62,415 bases of DNA, taken from IMG/VR virus record IMGVR_UViG_3300042314_001286, positions 1 to 62,415 of that record, one strand, 5' to 3'. The stretch is from a virus (lineage: Duplodnaviria; Caudoviricetes). This document shows, in pieces, positions 1 to 8,951 of this stretch. Within the stretch, counting starts at the first letter, position 1, and every line of letters begins with the position of its first letter. The position numbers were made by a program, and so were the translations under genes. The notes beneath the pieces were generated by a model. It saw nothing but the letters and a program-made list of their open reading frames with translations, had not been told where the DNA came from and made no database searches.

Positions 1-81
1 GCTAATTCATATTGATATTCGTCTTCGCCTTCCTGCGTGGCAGTATAGTCTTCGCGTTCCGGCGCATTGTAGTTACCCATA
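1..81. repeat. 81-bp terminal direct repeat (copy 1); circular-assembly overlap
   Basis: Identical to 62335-62415. Confidence 0.97.
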
Positions 82-200
82 ACATCTTCCATTCCTTCCA
101 ATGGTAGTTGCGAAAACCATGCGTTTAGGTACAAATGTAATTCGTCTGCTTGCTGTTGTATTTTGTTCAACACTAGCGATACTTTTTCCGTATTTTCCAT
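1..200 (-). CDS. 5' part of a hypothetical early protein spanning the circular junction (continues to 62184; about 116 aa, MENTEKVSLVL...MGNYNAPER...)
   Basis: Open frame from ATG at 200 runs in frame into ORF 62184..62414; TAAATTTG box at 228-235 upstream. Confidence 0.8.
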   Translation of the reverse strand, partial: MENTEKVSLVLNKIQQQADELHLYLNAWFSQLPLEGMEDVMGNYNAPEREDYTATQEGEDEYQYEL

Positions 201-294
201 ATGATATTTTTGATTGATTGGTTTAAACAAATTTAATAATTAGGTGATAAGTGGCAGTAAATACGCGACGAATCACCCAATTGTGTAGACGAAA

Positions 295-693
295 CTATCC
301 GTACACGACTTCGCCCATGGTAGCCAATTGAAAAAATACGTCGTCGTCGTCCGCGTCATTCTCTTCAGCTAGTATACGCTCCAGAAATTCCGGGTATTTT
401 TCCGCCATTAACTCGAGCGCCTTAAGCATTGACGCCTGTGTGACGTCCCCTAGGAAGTCCATTTCTTCCGGATCTTCGGCGCTTTCTATATCGTAAATAG
501 GTAGCTTAAATTCTGTATTCGTGTAGAGTTGTTCGGCTATGTTCTCCGCCATTGAAATGCCCCGACGGAAGTTTGTTTTGTCCAAATCTCCAATGCAGTA
601 CCAATAATTTGAACCGCCTTCTAGGGCTCCGATGATAACGTTTTCAAAAATGTTTTGCTTGATTTCGATTGTTTTATTAATTGTGATTTCCAT
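295..693 (-). CDS. hypothetical acidic early protein
   Basis: 132-aa ORF; GALEGGSNYW and DVFFQLATMGEVVYG motifs; co-oriented with neighbours. Confidence 0.75.
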   Translation of the reverse strand: MEITINKTIEIKQNIFENVIIGALEGGSNYWYCIGDLDKTNFRRGISMAENIAEQLYTNTEFKLPIYDIESAEDPEEMDFLGDVTQASMLKALELMAEKYPEFLERILAEENDADDDDVFFQLATMGEVVYG

Positions 694-737
694 AAATAAT
701 TTAATTTAAAAAGTTAGGGCCGTTATGGCAGTTTGTT

Positions 738-995
738 TTAAAATCCGTCTTCGCGTTTGCGTTCTATTGCTTGTATTATTTCCGCTTCGCTCCAACCTTT
801 GGCGATTAATTCCGTACGATATTGTTCGTCCGTCATAATATCCAAGTCTTCGACGCCTATTATTTTCGTGCCGTATGCGTCGCCGGCTGTTACTTTCTTA
901 TACCAATTCGAAAAATGCCTTTCGTCTTCGAATGATTTCGTGAACGTCTTATATCTGTTTAGATATCCTCGCGTCGTAATGCTTTTATGTATCAT
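738..995 (-). CDS. hypothetical early protein
   Basis: 85-aa ORF overlapping the upstream gene by 4 nt. Confidence 0.65.
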   Translation of the reverse strand: MIHKSITTRGYLNRYKTFTKSFEDERHFSNWYKKVTAGDAYGTKIIGVEDLDIMTDEQYRTELIAKGWSEAEIIQAIERKREDGF

Positions 996-1300
996 TTTAC
1001 TAGGTAGTTTAATTCGTTTAGGATTGGTGCTATGTATTCCTGTAGCGTAAATAGTACGTCCGTTGGCGTGCTCAATTCTTCGGCTACATCTTCGCCGGCT
1101 TCCTCTATATCAAGTTGGGCCAATACAGAACGATTATAGTACACGTCACCTATTTGCCACGCTTCGTCTTCGTCGTCGCCGGCGTCGGAATAGTTCCCGA
1201 AATCTGTGTTTTCCACTAATTCGCCTATTAATACTTTTAGCTTCTCTTCGCGTAATTTGTACGCGTTTAGTTCGTCTTTTAATTGCTGTAAATTTTCCAT
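992..1300 (-). CDS. hypothetical acidic early protein
   Basis: 102-aa ORF, tightly packed. Confidence 0.7.
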   Translation of the reverse strand: MENLQQLKDELNAYKLREEKLKVLIGELVENTDFGNYSDAGDDEDEAWQIGDVYYNRSVLAQLDIEEAGEDVAEELSTPTDVLFTLQEYIAPILNELNYLVK

Positions 1301-1305
1301 ATGAT

Positions 1306-1578
1306 TTATTTTTTTAAGGTTTTATAGTTAAATAGTAAAGATTCAATAGTTAAAAATATATTAGTTAAATCGTCCCAATTATTATGCTTCACGTCGTCAA
1401 AATCTTCTAGTATTACGACGCTTCTAGTGTGGTACAAATCCGGCTCCCATGCATCTACCATATTTTTAGATAGCTTCGCTTCCATTTGCCTAACTTCTTT
1501 TTTCAGTAGCTTGATTCCGGCGTTTTGGTTTTCAATGTACTTTTGTAATTCCTCAATTTTGTTTTGTAAATTTTCCAT
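1306..1578 (-). CDS. hypothetical coiled-coil early protein (likely start MENLQNK)
   Basis: N-terminus resembles that of 992..1300 (MENLQQL). Confidence 0.65.
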   Translation of the reverse strand: MENLQNKIEELQKYIENQNAGIKLLKKEVRQMEAKLSKNMVDAWEPDLYHTRSVVILEDFDDVKHNNWDDLTNIFLTIESLLFNYKTLKK

Positions 1579-1622
1579 TTTATAAAAGTTTAGCGCCGGG
1601 AATTTCACCCGGCTTGATTAGA

Positions 1623-2363
1623 TTATTTTACTACGAATTTGCTCGCGCTCTTCTTTGCTTTACCTTTTGCTTTTAAGCCTAGGATTTTACCGGCTTCCAA
1701 TGTTAGCATAATATCGTCGGCTTCGTCTCCATTAATTACCGGCGCTCCTAGGTACGTTTCCGGGAATGGCTTCGCTTCGTCAAATACTACAGATATAGGG
1801 CCGTATTTAAGCGCTTCAATGCATTCCGCTTCATTATCTTCTGAACGTGAAAACGTTAATTTGTAACGGGTGCCGGCGTACTTTTTTACTTTGCCTAAAA
1901 TCTTCGTGTAGTCATAAAATTCTAGGTTTGTAAACGCTTCCAATACGTCGACGCTAAACCGGTTTTTTAATATGGCGATAAAATCTAAATCTGAAGTACC
2001 ATTTAAACGAACTGCAATTTTAGAATTTTGGCGCTTTGCTTTTTTGTCTAGGCGCGTTAATTCATTCATTAACATATTTAAAAATCCGTTTCTATCATGC
2101 AAGTAAAATTCTGTTCGTCGCGTCCGTCCGGCTTGTACGGGTGCCATAACTCCGCGTCCGCTAGTGTAAAGGCATAATTTAGTACATTCAATCGATGCCT
2201 TTGGACAAAGATTTTTGCCTAGGCTGTTTTGATTAAATGGATTTAAATACAGGATATAACTTTCCAAAAAGTTTTTAGCTAGTTTGGCGTTACTGTCTCC
2301 TTTGCTTAAAAGGTTTTTAGCTATTTCTAAAATTTGTCCGTTTGAAGTTTTAATTGTTTTCAT
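1623..2363 (-). CDS. GP88-family (radical-SAM-like, Cys-motif) protein
   Basis: CPKASIECTKLCL, VRLNGTSD, FYDYTK, LTFSRSE and GLKAKG motifs match my recollection of the phage GP88 family. Confidence 0.75.
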   Translation of the reverse strand: MKTIKTSNGQILEIAKNLLSKGDSNAKLAKNFLESYILYLNPFNQNSLGKNLCPKASIECTKLCLYTSGRGVMAPVQAGRTRRTEFYLHDRNGFLNMLMNELTRLDKKAKRQNSKIAVRLNGTSDLDFIAILKNRFSVDVLEAFTNLEFYDYTKILGKVKKYAGTRYKLTFSRSEDNEAECIEALKYGPISVVFDEAKPFPETYLGAPVINGDEADDIMLTLEAGKILGLKAKGKAKKSASKFVVK

Positions 2364-2407
2364 GATTGATTTGATTGATTGATTTGATTAAATATTGATT
2401 GATTGAA

Positions 2408-2593
2408 TTATTTTTTAATTAATAAACTCCCGGAAAAAATAAATGATAATAAAACCGGAAGCGTGAAGACTAAAATAGCTACTAAATTTTCCGTCGGATA
2501 AGTTTCTGTATTCAATTGATATCCGATAACAGATAAAGCAAGTAAAGACGTAATAAATAAAATCGTTTGGAATACTGTTTGAAGCGTTTTCAT
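2408..2593 (-). CDS. small two-TM membrane protein, first gene of leftward early unit
   Basis: Two hydrophobic segments; likely start MKTLQT. Confidence 0.55.
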   Translation of the reverse strand: MKTLQTVFQTILFITSLLALSVIGYQLNTETYPTENLVAILVFTLPVLLSFIFSGSLLIKK

Positions 2594-3110
2594 ATTGTTT
2601 TGTTTAATTGTGTGCCACAAAGTAAAGCAATAGGTTTATACTATGCAAGCATTTTAATACTAAAAATTATTTAACGGTATGTTTTTTTTATGCAATGTTT
2701 GTTTAAATAATGTATGGCGCATTTTACTTTTTTAAATATTTTAGAAAGGGAAGAAGATTTGAGGCGGATAATAGTCTTCGCGCCTTGCCTTGCTTTGCAT
2801 AATATTTTCGCGAAGTCAAACCGAAATAGGGTTTTCCTTTTTGGTTTATGGTGCCAAAAAAAATAGTGTTTATCGATCATTATATTTTTCAGGAAATTAT
2901 GTTTAAACGTACCTATTTTAGCCGGCTTGAATTTTGGAATTTGAATTTAAGAAAGGAAAGGTACCCGGTTTGAAATTTGCGTTTCACTATCTGTAGCGCC
3001 GGGGCCGGCAGAAAATCTATAACCTTCTTTACACAACCGCACGCAACTTTTTTTTGTTAATTAGGGTTTTTTAGTATAACTTTAGGTTGATAAACCAGAC
3101 AATAACAAAT

Positions 3111-3752
3111 ATGCTTAGTTACGACATCAGTCAGGCGTCGCCTAATACAGTCATTGTAGAGGTAGGTAAATCCCTCGAGGATACAGTTACTTTTGGAGGA
3201 ATGACTCTTCACATAGATCCCGAATTCAACCCCACCCATCACGCTAGAATATACGGTAGAGTGGTGGCAATACCTGCGGGAAATATATACGACTTTAACG
3301 GCAATCAGATCCACGAAGAGGTTCGTGTTGGGGACTTAGTATACTTTCATTATTTAACGACGTCAGATGAGAGCAATTGCATTTATGGGAATTATTATAG
3401 AGTCCCTTATTGTTGGATTTTTTGTACTATCAGGGATGGCTTTATTCTACCTGTTGGCGGGTGGACTTTATGTGATCAGGTTGTTGAAGAAAAATTTGAT
3501 GAGGTTGAAGTTGATGGTTCAAAAATTAGTGCGGTACTAAGTGAATCTGGATTGGTGGTAGGTTTGAACAAAAAATCTTCAGTAAAATATGCAACATTAG
3601 CTCATATTGGGAAGCCATTTGTTGGAGTTGATGAGTTAGGAATAGAATCTGGGGACAAAATTATCCTTGCCAAAAATTCCAACTTTGTCAATAAGATTGA
3701 AGGAATCGATTATTATACGGTAAGGCAAGAGGATATACTTGGCAAAGTATAG
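3111..3752 (+). CDS. tandem GroES-like co-chaperonin
   Basis: GRVVAIP...EVRVGDLVYFHY and SESGLVV...GIESGDKIIL...YYTVRQEDILGKV both resemble Cpn10 folds; likely start MLSYD. Confidence 0.7.
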   Translation: MLSYDISQASPNTVIVEVGKSLEDTVTFGGMTLHIDPEFNPTHHARIYGRVVAIPAGNIYDFNGNQIHEEVRVGDLVYFHYLTTSDESNCIYGNYYRVPYCWIFCTIRDGFILPVGGWTLCDQVVEEKFDEVEVDGSKISAVLSESGLVVGLNKKSSVKYATLAHIGKPFVGVDELGIESGDKIILAKNSNFVNKIEGIDYYTVRQEDILGKV

Positions 3753-3975
3753 GTACCCCCTGCTAGATTCTAGAGGGAGGGGGTATGCTAGATTTGTGGG
3801 GGAGGGGGGTATGCCAGATTTCAGAGGGGGGTATGCTAGATTTGTGACCCCCCCCTGCCAGATTTCTGGCACATATAATTAAATATATAATAAGAGTTAA
3901 TAATAAAAAATATATTGCAAATTATTTTCAAATTATTTTCAGTTATTTTTTCAGAGTAGAAACGAAGTTTCTGCT
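3753..3975 (+). repeat. origin-like iteron array (5 direct TGCYAGATT plus 1 inverted half), AT-rich tract and GAA-loop hairpin; second copy of the initiator-gene origin
   Basis: TGCYAGATT at 3761, 3786, 3812, 3834, 3856; shares TGCYAGATTTGTGGGGGAGGGGGG and the CTGGCACATATAAT flank with 59960-60091. Confidence 0.85.
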
Positions 3976-4041
3976 AGTAGCCAAAAAAGAAAAAAATGGG
4001 TAGGACGCCGCGCGCCGATGCCCGCCAAACAATTAAATACT

Positions 4042-4602
4042 ATGGCAATATTTTCGGATAGCGAGTTTGATAACTTAGCATTACCCATTAGAGAAAAGGA
4101 TCTTCATAAGCACCCTACTACAAAGCATATTTTTGGGAGCATTACTGCTTCAGAGGTGCCTGTTATAAAGTACGTTGCTTTGTTATATGATGTTAAGAGT
4201 CCGATGCGACTAAAGATTCCTGATGTGGATATGCGTAAGGAGGAGTGTGCTGAGATGTCAGAGTTAAAAGATGGCAAAGAGGATATCTTTAATCTAAGCA
4301 ACGATAAAATACTGGGCTATATAAACTCCTATCTTAAGTTCCAATCGTCTAAGGTGTGGGCAGTATTGACGGCTAACGAGGAGGTGTTATGGCAGTATCA
4401 GCAAGAGTTGTTAACTCCTATCAAAGACTTTAAGAATGATAAGGATAAGTTACAGGCTTTGGATATGAAGAGTAAGTTAATGAATGAATGTGATTCTATT
4501 ATTCGCAGGATTGAATCTTATGAGGAGAAGTTGTTTGGTGACAATCATCAAGAGAAGGATAAGATTATAAACTACACACCAGAAACAATTGCTAATATAT
4601 AG
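4042..4602 (+). CDS. putative terminase small subunit
   Basis: Directly upstream of the large terminase; helical with coiled-coil C-terminus; positional inference only. Confidence 0.5.
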   Translation: MAIFSDSEFDNLALPIREKDLHKHPTTKHIFGSITASEVPVIKYVALLYDVKSPMRLKIPDVDMRKEECAEMSELKDGKEDIFNLSNDKILGYINSYLKFQSSKVWAVLTANEEVLWQYQQELLTPIKDFKNDKDKLQALDMKSKLMNECDSIIRRIESYEEKLFGDNHQEKDKIINYTPETIANI

Positions 4603-4605
4603 GTT

Positions 4606-6615
4606 ATGTACAGAAAGCATAAAAGAAATAGGGAGTTGTTGATTAATGGCATTACGGTAAACTTGCCACCTAATGGTGTTGTATGGAATGTAATGACTAA
4701 TCAATGGGAAGAAAGGGAGATTGCTAGGCGTAGTGCTAAACCGGCATACTGTTACTGGGAACGTCCTTCGCCGCCGGCTGACTACGAGACAAAGCGTAAG
4801 AAGGAGATCGCGGCGCAGAGAACTAATCCCGAGCATTATAATCCGGAGCTACAAGCGTACAGGAATCAGGAGTGGGACAGAAGGCTTAATGGATTTTGGT
4901 TTATGAATAATAATAGTGGGGTTTATATTACCGGGCTTCATTATTTTTATTTAACTCATTGGAAGCTAGATGTTGGATATCCTGAGTTTAGAGCAACTGA
5001 TAGGGATTTCTTTTATTTCCTAGAGTACGTTGTTCAGGATCCTAATTGTTTAGGAATGGTTGAGGTGACTAAGCGTCGCCAAGGAAAGACAATGCGGGCT
5101 GGATGTTTCCTATACGACTTGCCTTCTAGAAGCAAGAATAAGAATGCGGGTATCCAGTCAAAGACAGAGTCGGATGCTAAAGATAACGTATTTGCTAAGG
5201 GGGTGATTATGCCATTTAAGTACCTACCCGATTTTTTTGTTCCAATTTACGATACGGAAAAAGGACTCACCCCCAAATCAGAATTGCGTTTTTTTAAGAC
5301 AAACAAGAGGGGTGCCATAGAAGACATCTTTGAAAATAAAATTGAGCTAGAAAGCTCTATTGGTTTTAGGGGTTCTGATAAATTTTCTTATGATGGATTG
5401 AAACTTCATAGATATGTAGGTGATGAGGTTGGTAAAACGATTAACGTTAACGTATATGAAAGGCATCAAGTCGTGCAATTCTGTTTACAACAGGAAGAGA
5501 ACATTATTGGCAAAGCTCTTTATACTACAACCGTTGAAGAAATGGAAAACGGTGGGGAGCACTTCAAAGAATTATGGATGGCGTCAGATCAAAAAAAGAA
5601 AAATGCTAACGGACGTACAAAGACTGGTTTGTATCAGTATTTTACTCCGGCGTATAAAACGCTTTTCTATGATAAGTATGGTTATGCCGATGAGGATAAA
5701 GCCAAGACGTTTTACTTGGAAGAACGTAAAGCCTTAGAAGACGATCCCCGCGCGCTGGCTTCTTATATAAGAAAGAATCCATTTACAATTGAGGAGGCAT
5801 TCTTCTCTGAAGGAGAGACTTGTTTGTATGATGCTATGAAAATCAACAAACAAATGGAAACCATTACTTGGATTGATCAAAAAGAGTTATATTTGCGCGG
5901 TGAATTCATTTGGGAAAATGGAGAGCGCGACAGTAGGGTAATTTTTAAGGAGACATCTAATGGCAAGTTTTTAGTTCACGCTAAATGCAACCCACACGAT
6001 CATAACTTTTACAATCAAGTAAGGGAGTATGGGACAAAGAAGGTGCCTGATGCGAATAAAAAATATGCAATAGCTGTCGATCCATTTGATCATAATATTA
6101 CATCTTCTAAGGAACGCTCTGACGGGGCGGCATATGTGTATAGAAGATTTGATGCAATGGATGCAATGAGTGAAACATTCTTAGTAGAATATATTAACCG
6201 CCCAGATAAAGCGGAGATATTCTATGAAGATATGATTAAGTTGGTTCATTTCTTTGGATGCGAAATACTTTCCGAGGATAATAAAGTTGGACTTATAAAA
6301 TATTTTGAGTATCGTGGCTACGATAAATTCCTAACAAGAATGCCGGGGGCAACCAAGTATGGGATCTCTGCTACGACAAAAACGCACCAACAGATAGCTG
6401 AACAAACAGAAACTTACATAGAGGAAAATATACACAAGGTTGTGTTTAAAAATCTTTTACAGGATTGGTTGCTGTTTGATATAAATAAAACCACTAAATT
6501 TGATGCGGCGATGGCAAGTGGCTATACTTTGATTGCGGCAAGTAACTCAAAGTTTGCACAGAAAGTCGAACAAAAAACAAACTTATATGAAATACGAGAT
6601 GTATTTCCTTTTTAA
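4606..6615 (+). CDS. terL: terminase large subunit
   Basis: Walker A-like KRRQGKT, Walker B YVGDEVGK, nuclease motifs IAVDPFD, SDGA, FDAAMASG; followed by portal. Confidence 0.92.
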   Translation: MYRKHKRNRELLINGITVNLPPNGVVWNVMTNQWEEREIARRSAKPAYCYWERPSPPADYETKRKKEIAAQRTNPEHYNPELQAYRNQEWDRRLNGFWFMNNNSGVYITGLHYFYLTHWKLDVGYPEFRATDRDFFYFLEYVVQDPNCLGMVEVTKRRQGKTMRAGCFLYDLPSRSKNKNAGIQSKTESDAKDNVFAKGVIMPFKYLPDFFVPIYDTEKGLTPKSELRFFKTNKRGAIEDIFENKIELESSIGFRGSDKFSYDGLKLHRYVGDEVGKTINVNVYERHQVVQFCLQQEENIIGKALYTTTVEEMENGGEHFKELWMASDQKKKNANGRTKTGLYQYFTPAYKTLFYDKYGYADEDKAKTFYLEERKALEDDPRALASYIRKNPFTIEEAFFSEGETCLYDAMKINKQMETITWIDQKELYLRGEFIWENGERDSRVIFKETSNGKFLVHAKCNPHDHNFYNQVREYGTKKVPDANKKYAIAVDPFDHNITSSKERSDGAAYVYRRFDAMDAMSETFLVEYINRPDKAEIFYEDMIKLVHFFGCEILSEDNKVGLIKYFEYRGYDKFLTRMPGATKYGISATTKTHQQIAEQTETYIEENIHKVVFKNLLQDWLLFDINKTTKFDAAMASGYTLIAASNSKFAQKVEQKTNLYEIRDVFPF

Positions 6616-6618
6616 GAT

Positions 6619-8919
6619 ATGGATACTAACAATGTAGATTTGCTTCACGGCTTTCCCAGCCACACTATTGACAACTCGCTAAAGAACAAAGCTTGGATCG
6701 CCCAGTATATTAAATCCGCTTGGCAAGACTACAACAAGTATTATCCAAATCAGCTATACAACGGACGTGATAATTACCACGAGGTTAAGTTGTATATGTT
6801 AGGAAAGCAGTCTATTACGCCATATCGTAAGTTATTGCACCCTAGAGACACCGCTAACGCAGATTCTTCGTGGGCCAACATATCGTGGGACATCCTCCCT
6901 ATTATTCCAAAATTTAGACGTATTGCTATTGCAACGTTAGCTAAGGCTGATTATAACATCTCTATTGATGCAATTGATCCTTTAGCACAAGACGATAAAG
7001 CTTCTTTCTATAAAGAAAACGCGGCAAGAATTATTGTAAGAAATGAACTTGCAACTCAAGGACTTGATCCTGAACTTGTTCCTGAGCCAGAAGTGGAAGC
7101 AGAAACAATTAAGGAGCTTGATATGTATATGGAGTATTCCTATAAGCATAGAATGGCTGTAGAGATGGAGCAGGCTTTAAAATTGATTATGAATGTTAAT
7201 CAGTTTGAACAAGAAGCTGCTCTTACTATCGAAGACTTACATGATCATGGTATTGCTGGTTTCAAAGAATACTTTGATGCAGGAGGAAACATTAAGATTC
7301 GTCGCGTTAACGTAAACAATCTTGTTACTTCTTATTCTAACTCACCTACCTTTGACGACGTGCAATATGTTGGAGAGGTTCTTGAGATGACAATTGCTGA
7401 TTTAAAAGAGATTGCCGGCGACGAAATTACGCAAGCGCAATACGAAATGATTGCAGAAAAGTACACAACAAAACTTAGCAATCCAGCATCTGTTAAGATG
7501 GATAACTCTAATCAAAATAGAAACGTTGACGGATTCCGTATACGCGTTCTAGATCTTGAGTTTTATTCAATTAACAGCATGATTCTTGAGGAAAGAGTTA
7601 ACTCAAAAGGAAACAAAGTTGTGGGCCGCGCTAGTAAGTTGAAGCAAAACAAGAGCGGTAAAGAATATTCAAAGACAGATTATAAAGTAGTTTATCAAGG
7701 TAAGTGGGTTATTGACAGCGATATATTCTTTGATTGCAAATTGCAAACAAATATGAAGCGCGCAAAGTCTTCTTTAACGGATACTAAGTTAAGCTACCAT
7801 ATTGTTGCTCCTAATGTTTACCAAATGAGTACATACTCTATTGGTGAGCAAATGAAGCCTATTGCCGATCAGATTCAATTAGCTTGGTACAAGTTGCAGA
7901 ACGTTATGTTGCGCGCACGTCCAAGAGGTATTATGATTGAGTTGGGTGCGTTAGAAAACGTACCGTTAGGACGTGGAGGAAAGGCACTTAAGCCTATGGA
8001 TATTATTGACTTGTACAACCAGACGGGTAACTTAGTTTACCGCCGTCTAGATGATGCAGGACAAGCAAGTAATTACAAACCAATTGAAGAGTTAGATAAT
8101 GGTATTGGTAACGAGGCGACTCAATACTTTAATATCATTAATCAAAATATACAGATGCTTCGTGAGATCTTAGGATTCAATGAAGTAACTGACGGATCAA
8201 CACCAGATCCTCGTATGTTGAATGGAGTAGCTAAGTTAGCATCTGAGTCAACAAACAACTCATTAGACTATATCAAACGTGCGCAAAGAAACTTGATCGA
8301 ACGTTTATGCTATAACTTGACTCTTCGTATTCAGGATGCTGCACTTAACGGAAAGATCGAAGGGTATACGCGCGCGCTAGGAAGTAACTCAGTAAACTTC
8401 TTTAAGTTAGATCCAAATGTATCTGCTTATGAATGTGGCTTAGTGGTTACGCAAAAGCCTAATGAGTTTGAAAAAGAAAAACTTGCAAGACGTATTGACT
8501 TGGCAATTCAATCTAATCAGATCACCTTAGCAGATGCTATGATGATTGAGAATGTTGAGAATGTTAAGTACGCCGAAGTTCTTTTGGGCCACAAGATCAA
8601 AAAGAACCTAGAGGAGGCAGACAAGCGTTCAATGATGCAACAACAAATGAATGCTCAAGTACAACAGCAATCCGCAATGGTTGCAGAGCAAGCTAAACAA
8701 CAGACAATCCAGATTGAAACACAATCTAAGATGCAGTTGATTCAGCTTGAGAAAGAACTTGATGCGCAATTAATTACTACCAAATTACAACTTGAAGCAC
8801 AAATTCAACAAATGGTAGTAGAAGGTAAAATTAATATGAGTCAAATTGAGGCTTCTAGCCGCGAATATATCGCTCAAATTAAAAAAGCTGAAACTAGAAT
8901 TAAAGAATCTAAGAAATAG
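6619..8919 (+). CDS. portal protein (podovirus-type, long coiled-coil C-terminal barrel)
   Basis: 766 aa after terL; LPIIPKF and ILGFNEVTDGSTP motifs; Gln-rich helical C-terminus. Confidence 0.85.
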   Translation: MDTNNVDLLHGFPSHTIDNSLKNKAWIAQYIKSAWQDYNKYYPNQLYNGRDNYHEVKLYMLGKQSITPYRKLLHPRDTANADSSWANISWDILPIIPKFRRIAIATLAKADYNISIDAIDPLAQDDKASFYKENAARIIVRNELATQGLDPELVPEPEVEAETIKELDMYMEYSYKHRMAVEMEQALKLIMNVNQFEQEAALTIEDLHDHGIAGFKEYFDAGGNIKIRRVNVNNLVTSYSNSPTFDDVQYVGEVLEMTIADLKEIAGDEITQAQYEMIAEKYTTKLSNPASVKMDNSNQNRNVDGFRIRVLDLEFYSINSMILEERVNSKGNKVVGRASKLKQNKSGKEYSKTDYKVVYQGKWVIDSDIFFDCKLQTNMKRAKSSLTDTKLSYHIVAPNVYQMSTYSIGEQMKPIADQIQLAWYKLQNVMLRARPRGIMIELGALENVPLGRGGKALKPMDIIDLYNQTGNLVYRRLDDAGQASNYKPIEELDNGIGNEATQYFNIINQNIQMLREILGFNEVTDGSTPDPRMLNGVAKLASESTNNSLDYIKRAQRNLIERLCYNLTLRIQDAALNGKIEGYTRALGSNSVNFFKLDPNVSAYECGLVVTQKPNEFEKEKLARRIDLAIQSNQITLADAMMIENVENVKYAEVLLGHKIKKNLEEADKRSMMQQQMNAQVQQQSAMVAEQAKQQTIQIETQSKMQLIQLEKELDAQLITTKLQLEAQIQQMVVEGKINMSQIEASSREYIAQIKKAETRIKESKK

Positions 8920-8923
8920 TTTT

Positions 8924-8931
8924 TAGATTTG
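8924..8931 (+). promoter_or_regulatory. Bacteroidota -7 promoter box TAGATTTG
   Basis: Matches TAnnTTTG; intergenic, 20 nt upstream of ATG 8952. Confidence 0.6.
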
Positions 8932-8951
8932 CACCAACCAAACAATTAACA

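Noticed and set aside
1-81. Terminal repeat as a physical direct terminal repeat or att site
   Set aside because: It lies mid-gene and its length fits an assembler overlap; no integrase recognised.
2671-2880. ORF in the divergent intergenic region
   Set aside because: Low-complexity AT-rich translation with no support; more likely promoter or terminus DNA.
3636-3872. ORF on - strand resembling the initiator linker (PPSPTNLAYP)
   Set aside because: By-product of the shared iteron DNA; antisense to the GroES-like gene and lacks initiator domains.
3753-3875. G-rich repeats as a mini CRISPR array
   Set aside because: Repeat core is only about 9 bp with a 22-26-bp period, spacers are similar to each other, and no cas genes are present; the iteron match explains it.
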